Positions 8,997-16,986 of a stretch of 16,986 nt of DNA are shown here, piece after piece; within the stretch, counting starts at the first letter, position 1, and each line of letters begins with the position of its first letter. Made by a program: the position numbers and the translations under genes. The notes below the pieces were generated by a model that saw nothing but the letters and a program-made list of their open reading frames with translations, was not told the DNA's origin and searched no databases. The stretch is from Octopus sinensis (taxonomy: Eukaryota), in the NCBI RefSeq assembly GCF_006345805.1, contig NW_021825039.1:1-16986 (forward strand), written 5' to 3'.

Positions 8997-10033
8997 CTTC
9001 ACAAATTACTGCACATTAACCCGGAGTTTCTACCTTTGAATAGGTCGCTACATCCTTGTTACTTGCGTGAATTTTGCTACCCTGGTTACTGTTTATTGAA
9101 TTGTCCATGTTAACGGTAATTCATTCATGCATATGTGAGCACAAGATGTCACAAAATGTCTCTTCCAAGTAAGTTTTATCTTAATAATTTTGATGCGCAC
9201 TCTATACGATCTTTTTATTCTTTCGTTTTTCTCTTTCTCTCTCTTATTCGTTTACCTCCTCTTCTCCCATTATTCTATCCTATTACTCTGTCACTCTCTC
9301 ACCCTCACTCCTCCCTTGCTCACGTGGCTCCCCACTGACCATCGACCATCTTTCTTTCTTTCTCTCCGTTGTAGCTGGAACAAAGAAAACGTGTTCTTGT
9401 TTGTCTCCTGTCCAACTTGATTTACGCGTTCGCCACCACAACCTCATTTAGGCTTAGCAGCCCTTCCTGCTTGTTTTCACTGTCTTGTTTGTGTTACCAA
9501 TTTTGACCCTCCGCAAAATCCCAAATTTTATTTAATTTGCTTTGCGAGAGCAACTGTTTTATCGAAAGCGTATATTGTTGTTAAACGCTCGAAATACGAG
9601 ACTAGAAAAACAGCCAACAACTGATGAAGGTTCATTCTTTATGTTGTTTGTTTTGTTTTCCATTTGTGTCTTTCGTTGTTCGAAAGAATAGTTCGTTTCA
9701 TGTACTCGTGCTTCGTATTATTGTTGCACACGTTTCGTGACGTCCTGTGCCCCTATATGCATTTAAATATATACGTATAGATAAATGTACATATACGTAT
9801 GTATATATGCATATATATATATATTTTTTTTTTCTTTTTATTTATATTTCCTGAGCGCCATACTAATACAATTGTTTGTTTGTTTTCCACCTGCCTTCGT
9901 CTTTTGTCTATTTTCATAAAGCTTCCCGTTATATATATATATATATATATATATCATAATTATTTGAGGGAATATTATTCCTAGCTTACAGGAAAAATTC
10001 AATTTAGAAACACTAAATTAAATTTCACGAAAT

Positions 10034-10081
<48 letters not shown>

Positions 10082-10458
10082 ATATTATATAGGAATAAAA
10101 ATATATATATATAAAGAGACGAACACAGAAAACAGACAAGTCATTCGAAGTCTTTAATCTTCAGTCAGAAACCGGATCATCATAGCAAATTACGGCTGAT
10201 TAATTCTGATATTTGCTCCAACACGGCCAGCCCCAAGGAAAAACCAAGCTGTGAGCATTAGATTTCTTTGGTAAAAGGAACGAATGTAAACGCAACAGAG
10301 ACGAATATAAATACAAAAAACGAAAACAAAAATAAAAACAAGAATGGTTAACAGCAGGTGTCTTACGACTTTAGACAAAATGAGATAAAAATAACTTATC
10401 TGGCAGGCGTGGAAACAATTGCCTTTTCGGCAGAGGGGAAACGATGTTGAGCGGGCCG

Positions 10459-10501
<43 letters not shown>

Positions 10502-10574
10502 TAGAAAAAAAACACCTTTTATCAATTCAAAATAAACAATTAAATTACACCATCTAGAAAATTACATATAATAG

Positions 10575-10647
10575 AAATATGAAAATTAAAATAACAATAA
10601 TATACCGATGATTAAGTAAATTGCAAAATAATAAGAAAAATATATAC

Positions 10648-10695
<48 letters not shown>

Positions 10696-10784
10696 TAAAT
10701 ATAAATAAACGTATATATTTTTTCTTATTATTTTGCAATTTACTTAATCATCGGTATATTATTGTTATTTTAATTTTCATATTT
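10575..10784. repeat. Inverted repeat (78/79-bp arms) centred on (TA)n
   Basis: 10575-10652 vs the reverse complement of 10706-10784 is identical except for one indel in an A run. Confidence 0.95.
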
Positions 10785-10825
10785 ATATATATATATATTC
10801 TATAGATCTATGTTTGCATGTATGT

Positions 10826-11223
10826 ATTCTTTTATTCTTTTAGTCATTTGACTGCAGCCATGCTGGAGCACCGCCTTTAGTCGAGTAAATCGACCCTAGG
10901 ACTTAATCTTTGTAAGCCTAGTGCTTATTCTATCGGTCTCTTTTGCCGAACTGCTAAGTTATTGGGACGTAAATGCACCGGCATCAGTTGTCAAGCGATG
11001 TTGGGCGGGCAAACACAGGCACACACAAACACATACACATATGTGTGTGTATATATATTTATACAACGGGATTCTTTTAGTTTCCGTCTACCAAATTCAC
11101 TCACAAGGCTTTGGTCGGCCCGAAGCTATAGCAGAAGACACTTGCCCAGGGTGACATGCAGTGGGACTGAACCCGGAACTTTGTGGTTGGTAAGCAAGCT
11201 ACTTACCACACAGACACTCCTGC
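10826..11223 (-). mobile_element. Full-length OK-like SINE
   Basis: Colinear reverse complement of 15377-15790, including the internal microsatellite. Confidence 0.9.
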
Positions 11224-11273
11224 ACACACACACAAGCACATATATATATAATGTATGTATGTATGAGTGTATG

Positions 11274-11647
11274 TATTCTTTTATTCATTTATTTGTTTCA
11301 ATCATTTTGACTGCGGCCATGCTGGAGCACTGCCTTTAGTCGAACAAATCCACCGCAAGACTTATTCTTTCTTAGCCTAGTATTTATTCTATCGGTCACT
11401 TTTACCAAACTGCTAAGTTACGGTGAGGTAAACTCACCAACATCGGTCGCCAAGCGATGATGTGGGGACAAACACAGACACACGAACATATACATACACA
11501 CACAGATTCCGTCTACCAAATCCACTTGCAAGGCTTTGGTCGGCCCGAGGCTATAGCAGAAGATACCTGCCCAAGGTGCCACGCAGTGGGACTGATCCCA
11601 CTTTTGGGGAAGCAAGCTTCTTACCACACACTGTCACGCCTGCACCT
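11274..11647 (-). mobile_element. Near-full-length OK-like SINE, in tandem with the previous copy
   Basis: Same modules with small internal deletions. Confidence 0.9.
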
Positions 11648-12031
11648 ATGTATATATGTATATGTCTGTATGTCTGTCTGTCTGTCTGTCTGTCTGCCTG
11701 TCTGTCTGTATGTATGTATGTATGTATGTACGTATGTATGAATATATGCATGTATACATGTATGTATGTATGTATTTATGTATGTATGTATGTATGTATG
11801 TATGTATGTATGTATGTATGTATGTATGTATGCATGTATGTATGTATGATTGTCTGCATATATGTATGTATGAATATATGTATGTATGTATGCATAAATG
11901 TATGCATGTATGTATGTATGAATATATGCATGCATGTATGTATGTATGTATGTATGTATGTATGTATGTATGTATGTAGTATGTATGTATGTATGCATGC
12001 ATGCATGTATGCATGTATGTATGTATGCATG

Positions 12032-12065
<34 letters not shown>

Positions 12066-12218
12066 TGTATGTATGTATGAATATATGCATATATGTATGT
12101 ATGAACGTATGCATGCATGTATGTATGTATGTATGTATTATGTATGTATGTATGTATGTATGAATATATGCATATATGTATGTATGAATGTATGCATGCA
12201 TGTATGTATGCATGTATA
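11648..12218. repeat. (TCTG)n followed by (TATG)n, about 570 bp
   Basis: Read directly from the sequence. Confidence 0.95.
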
Positions 12219-12219
12219 T

Positions 12220-12445
12220 GAGTGGGTTTGTGCTTGTTCCCCACCACCACCACCACTTGACAGCCGGCGTTGGTTTGTTTACGTCACGCTAACTACTTCA
12301 GCAAAAGAGACCGATAGAATAAGTAGCTGGCTTGAAAAGAATAAATAAGCTCTGGAGTTGATTAGGTAAAAAAAAAAACCAGCGAAGCCGGTACCCCAGC
12401 ATGGCCGCAGTCCAATGATTGAAGCAATTAAAAAAGATAAAAGAC
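12220..12445 (+). mobile_element. Diverged 3' half of an OK-like SINE
   Basis: CAAAAGAGACCGATAGAATAAGT and CCCCAGCATGGCCGCAGTC motifs. Confidence 0.8.
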
Positions 12446-12984
12446 ATACATTTGTGCGTCTGATATACGAGAATATCAGGTGTCTCAGGTGTCCAAGAGT
12501 TTACATTTGAAGGAATGGGTGCGCATCGTGTGCGCGCGTGTATGTGCGTGGGCGCGTGTGTACGTGACGCACGCGTGCCTGTAAGTAATACACTTTTAGC
12601 TAAATGTCATTGACCACCATTTTAGTAGGTGGAGTTAAAATAAATACAAATAATGACACATCTCTTTATATATACAGGCACATTCGATATACACACATGT
12701 CCGTTTTTGCGTGTGTATACGTGTACGTGTGTGCGAGTGCGTTTGCGTATGTATATGTGTGTTTGTGTGAATATAATTAAGTCGCTGCTAAAAATATTTA
12801 AATTCGTAAATCAAAGGTACGTTGATTAAGATTACACCTGCAGTGGGAAGAGGAAAAAGAAAGGAAATACATTCGTGCAGAAGGCGTCCCTACACAATCT
12901 GCACTCCGACAGTGTCATCTTTTATACACACACACACACACACACAGAGTCACATATATTTATATATTTTATGTTTATGTTTAT

Positions 12985-13032
12985 GTTTTCCAGTTTCAGC
13001 TCTTGAGCTGTGGCCATGCTGGGGCACCGCCA
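12985..13032 (-). mobile_element. Short 3'-terminal fragment of an OK-like SINE
   Basis: GTGGCCATGCTGGGGCACCGCC. Confidence 0.65.
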
Positions 13033-13072
13033 TTGTATATATGTATATATGTATATATATTGTACATATGTA

Positions 13073-13118
<46 letters not shown>

Positions 13119-13119
13119 C

Positions 13120-13178
<59 letters not shown>

Positions 13179-13610
13179 GTATAAACATTAAAATGCTTGC
13201 GTAATCACAAGACTGCGTGTGGGGAGAGCGCAATGAGCGTGTTGCGCGCGCGCGCGTATGCGTGTGCATGAGTAAGAGGAAAAGCGAGAGTGGAAGCGAA
13301 TGTCTGTTTATGAATGGCTGACTGTTCGCATGTTAGCTAAGCATTAAAGCGCGCGTGTGTACGTGTGTGTGTGTGTACGTAAACAAACATGCATACATAC
13401 ATATGTATGTATATATATATATTATATATATATGTATATATATATATATATTATACATATATATATATATATATAAATAATATATACACATATATATACA
13501 TATATATATATATATATTATATATTATATATATATACATAAACAAACATGCATACATATACATACATACATACATACATACATACATACGTATGTGTGTG
13601 TGTATGTACA
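13033..13610. repeat. (TA)n/(CATA)n/(CG)n tracts with a short non-repetitive island (about 13180-13350)
   Basis: Read directly from the sequence. Confidence 0.85.
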
Positions 13611-13628
13611 TTATAGTATAGTATAATA

Positions 13629-13970
13629 TGGTTCTAGGTTCTCACCAAATGTGGTAAACGGAAACTGAAAAGAAGCCCGTCATATATGTGTGTGTTTGTA
13701 TGTGTGCGTGTGTGTGTGTGTGTGCGTGCGTGTGTGTGCCTGCGTGTGTGTCTGTGTTTGTCTCCCACCATCACTTGACAACGGGTGTTGATATGATTAC
13801 GTCCCCGTAATCTAAAGGTTCGGCAAAACAGTCCGAGAGAATAAGTGCCAAGCTTTTCGACAAAATATGTACCGGGGTCGATTCATTCATTCGACTAAAA
13901 TGTCCTCAAGGCAGTGCTCCAGCGTGGCCGCAGTCTAATGACTGTGATAAGTAAATGATAAAATATATAA
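13629..13970 (+). mobile_element. OK-like SINE with a deleted head
   Basis: GGTAAACGGAAACTGAAAAGAAGCCCGTC, then (TG)n, then the 3' half. Confidence 0.8.
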
Positions 13971-14269
13971 TGTACCTTACTGTACTTAGTGTAATGTAGT
14001 ATAGTACAGTGTAATATAGGGTGATGTTGTATGGTGTAGTGTAGTCATGTATGAACTATTAGTTAAGAAGTTCATTTAGTAGGTATGAGGTTCCACCCGG
14101 TTTCGATCCCGCTGCAGAGCACTTTGAGTAGTTTCTTTTACGACAGTCACAAGTAGACAGAAATCTTATGAATGAAACTGGAGCGAAGGAAACAGTACGG
14201 AAGCTTGCTAGATGGTTTGTATCTGTAACCCTTAAATCTAGTTTTGTCTCACCCCTTCATCCTTCTGAA

Positions 14270-14465
14270 TACTCGGCCACTTGCGTTGCTGGTAACATGT
14301 GATATAGAACAGCTTGTTGGACGGTCGGATCGTAGGCGACTAAACTGGTAACCCCGCCAAACTTACTTGGTGAGGAGGGTGATTTTTGGACACCTTGCGA
14401 ATTAAAAACAAGACCCGTCAAAGGACGGAGGAACTCAGGAGAATCATCGGCCATCGAATATAGCC
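14270..14465 (+). mobile_element. Dispersed repeat, putative LINE 5' UTR (same family as 1-98)
   Basis: 82% identity over 72 bp to the reverse complement of 25-96; hairpin GCCAA-ACTTAC-TTGGT just upstream. Confidence 0.5.
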
Positions 14466-14624
14466 ATGGGTAGATGGTACCCACCCTTGAAGACAATCCA
14501 CAAAGGGGAAGGAAATCTGTGAAATAAACACCGTTCATTGAAAACTTGCAATCAGCTGATAATGTTTTGGACTAAAAATTATGACATGAAGATGTTCTAG
14601 TTTCGCCTAGTTTCGACTAATAAT

Positions 14625-14852
14625 AATGATAACAATAATCCTTTCTACTAAAAGTACAAAGTCTGGAATTTGGGGCAGGGGACTAGCCGGTTACATCGAC
14701 CCCAGTGTTTCACTGGTACTTAATTTATCGACCCTGAAAGGATGAAAGGCAAAGTCGACCACGGTAGAATTTGAACTCAGAACGTAAAGACAGACGAAAT
14801 GCCGCTAAGCATTTCCCCCGCTGTGCTAATGATTCAGCCAGCTCGTCGCCTT
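14625..14852 (-). mobile_element. OR-like SINE with an alternative 3' tail
   Basis: Head and centre match 5560-5716, but the tail (ATCCTTTCTACT...) differs from that of the 5487 copy. Confidence 0.85.
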
Positions 14853-14862
14853 AATAATAATA

Positions 14863-14899
<37 letters not shown>

Positions 14900-14938
14900 T
14901 AACAATAATAATAATAATAATAATAATGATAATAATAA
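14852..14938. repeat. (AAT)n; further tracts at 15046-15100 and 15319-15376
   Basis: Read directly from the sequence. Confidence 0.95.
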
Positions 14939-15045
14939 TCCTTCCTACTAAAGGCCTGAAATTTTACAGGAGGGGACAAGTTGATTGCATTGACCCCAGT
15001 GTTTCACCAGTACTTAATTTATCGACCCCGAAAGGCAAAGTCGAA
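14938..15045 (-). mobile_element. 5'-truncated OR-like SINE
   Basis: GACCCCAGTGTTTCACCAGTACTTAATTTATCGACCCCGAAAGGCAAAGTCGA. Confidence 0.8.
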
Positions 15046-15065
15046 TAATAATAATAATAATAATA

Positions 15066-15100
<35 letters not shown>

Positions 15101-15101
<1 letters not shown>

Positions 15102-15318
15102 GCGGGATGGGCTACTCAACCTGAAGAAAATTCTAACTGGGCCCCACCTGCAAGGTCATGTGCTGTTTATCTTGATATGAGATCACCATGTCGCGCACAT
15201 ATAGTTGTGATGCATGTGCCTGGTGTACCCTTATCAGACGGGTAGTCATGACGGGTATATTGAGCTTCGTATATTTTACCCCAGTGTCACTTTGATGGCA
15301 TGAACTGCTCTCTCACTA

Positions 15319-15320
<2 letters not shown>
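15101..15320 (+). mobile_element. 3' end of a retroposon (SINE or LINE tail) ending in (AAT)n
   Basis: GC-balanced island between (AAT)n tracts ending ...TGCTCTCTCACTAAATAATAAT; recalled as a common octopus repeat tail, not verified. Confidence 0.5.
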
Positions 15321-15376
<56 letters not shown>

Positions 15377-15790
15377 GGCGTAGGAGTGGTTGTGTGGTAA
15401 GTGGGTTGCTTACGAACCACATGGTTCCGGGTTCAGTCCCACTGCGTGGCACCTTGGGCAAGTGTCTTCTACTATAGTTTCGGGCCGACCAAAGCCTTCT
15501 GAGTGGATTTGGTAGACGGAAACTGAAAGAAGATCGTGGTATATATGTATATATATATGTGTGTGTGTGTGTGTGTTTGTGTATATGTTTGTGTGTCTGT
15601 GTTTGTTTCCCCAACATCGCTTGACAACCGATGCTGGTGTGTTTATATCCCTGTAACTTAGCGGTTTTGTAAAAGTAACCGATAGAATAAGTACTGGGCT
15701 AACAAAGAATTAATCCTGGGGTTGATTTGCTCGACTAAAGGCGGTGCTCCAGCATGGCCACAGTCAAATGACTAAAACAAGTAAACGAAA
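15377..15790 (+). mobile_element. Full-length OK-like tRNA-SINE (reference copy in this window)
   Basis: tRNA-like head with A/B boxes, CORE-like CCTTGGGCAAGT, internal (TA/TG)n and a 3' module ending in an A-rich tail. Confidence 0.92.
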
Positions 15791-16099
15791 AAAGAAAATA
15801 ATAAAGAGGGACTAATTTATCATAGGTTGTTATGTTGATTGTCTCAGGATTACGTTAACGGTACACGTTTCTGTGAAATACTCAATCATTTTACAATAAT
15901 CTGGCAATAGATAGGATAGGCGATTGAACCGGTGGAATAATTGACCATTTTTTTGTTTTGTTTTTAAAGAGTGAAGCGATGTTGTTTTTGTTGTTTAACC
16001 CCGGGTCTCTCCTGACTGAGTAAGTCTTTGACCAAATGTGTTCCATCTATGACATTCATTGTTTTGTATGCTTTAGGTCAATGCGACTCATTGGCAGTT

Positions 16100-16192
16100 G
16101 TTAGAGGGTCGGCATAGTTGGCTTTCTGGTGATCGTCTTGGTTCTCTGAGAAAATTCCACCGACGTATACTTTGCTTTTCATCCTTTCGGGG
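16100..16192 (+). mobile_element. Highly diverged OR-like SINE fragment
   Basis: AAATTCCACCGACG...CTTTGCTTTTCATCCTTTCGGGG. Confidence 0.55.
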
Positions 16193-16214
16193 CGGGGAAG
16201 GGCTGTAACTAAAA

Positions 16215-16290
<76 letters not shown>

Positions 16291-16358
16291 CTCTCCTCTC
16301 TCCTTCTCTCCTCTCCCCTCTCCTCTCCTCTCTCTCTCTCTCTCTCTCTTTCTCCCTC
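16215..16358. repeat. (CT)n
   Basis: Read directly from the sequence. Confidence 0.95.
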
Positions 16359-16584
16359 TGTCAATCAGACTTTCTCTCTTCTGCAAAAAATTGACTGTGA
16401 TCCGATCACGAGTGGGATGGGATCCACCAAAACTAAAAATGCCCAAGGTATTGCACATGTTACGACGGCATCACTACGATTCCGTCAAGGAGTTGAGACT
16501 TCAAGGCATGGCAAAGCAGAATTTTGATCTACGTTTTCACTGATGTAATATGGAAGTAGAAGGGTTGTGCTTATGTCCTTCATA

Positions 16585-16800
16585 GGGTCTCCGAGGCCGA
16601 GGAGATGACGGAAGAAAGCAATTCACGTTTGTCTTGAATATTTTCCTGTCTAGAACTGCAGGGAAAAAAACCATGAATAGTGAGGTGATCCCAGAGGGAC
16701 GTCGGGAAATAACGGTTCACGAGGGGCCTGGAATAGTGTTCACAATATGTAGATGTGACTGATTCAAGAGTACCTGAGTCGAGGTGACACAATACCAACT
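16585..16800 (-). pseudogene. Degenerate 3' end of a CR1/L2-group LINE ORF2
   Basis: Minus frames give YFPTSLWDHL and FFPAVLDRKIFKTNVN, resembling the C-terminal FFPRTSRLWNSLP..VFP..Y.L..FK.NVN motif as I recall it; frameshifted. Confidence 0.55.
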
Positions 16801-16816
16801 ATGATGGTCACTGTAA

Positions 16817-16912
16817 GCACTGGGGTCGATCTAATCGACTTAATCCCTTTGTCTGTCCTTGTTTGTCCCCTCTATGTTTAGCCCTTTGTGGGCAATAAAG
16901 AAATAAGAAAGA
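16817..16912 (+). mobile_element. 3' part of an OR-like SINE (same tail as the 5487 copy)
   Basis: GCACTGGGGTCGATCTAATCGACTTAATCC...GTGGGCAATAAAGAAATAAGAAA. Confidence 0.85.
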
Positions 16913-16986
16913 AGTGACAGCTTATTTGTGACTCAGCGGTTGGATATGTTGATGAGTGACATCATGTCAATCTGTCGAATGATGTC

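Noticed and set aside
10412-10430. GAAACAATTGCC, resembling the hammerhead stem III (similar partial words at about 2137 and 9866)
   Set aside because: There is no CTGANGA core or stem I in register, and the triplet is not NUH.
12519-12580. Alternating purine-pyrimidine CG/TG stretch (also 13243-13262) with Z-DNA potential
   Set aside because: It is explained as decayed (TG)n/(CG)n microsatellite, with no evidence of function.
14257-14538. 93-aa minus-strand ORF
   Set aside because: It has no recognisable domain and overlaps the dispersed repeat on the opposite strand.
14852-15376. Repeat-spacer alternation resembling a CRISPR array
   Set aside because: The repeats are variable-length (AAT)n and the spacers are SINE fragments in eukaryotic DNA, with no cas genes.
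16078-16543. RE-rich and SL-rich ORFs
   Set aside because: Translations of the (CT)n tract.

Overview
Non-coding, AT-rich, repeat-saturated animal DNA. The SINE families resemble those I recall from Octopus, so an octopod genome is likely (inference). I find no credible protein-coding gene: the supplied ORFs are microsatellite translations or shadow frames of SINEs and LINE relics. The window holds about 15 tRNA-SINE copies or fragments from three families, long (TA)n/(CATA)n/(AAT)n/(CT)n tracts, a decayed HERO-like (R2-superfamily, RLE) LINE 3' end with a Tc1/mariner MITE nested in it, a piggyBac-type MITE, a pogo-like end, a CR1/L2-like 3' remnant and three near-perfect fold-back palindromes. 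The most interesting signal is two structurally complete type I hammerhead ribozyme folds (358-436 on +, 6232-6322 on -). Both have the same unusual architecture: U10.1/U11.1, a long stem II and a palindromic ACAAUUGU stem III. The first sits in a 529-bp monomer with a short terminal repeat and an inverted 5' segment, as expected for a retrozyme or Penelope-like element. Further degenerate hammerhead relics are present. Family names come from memory; no database search was run.
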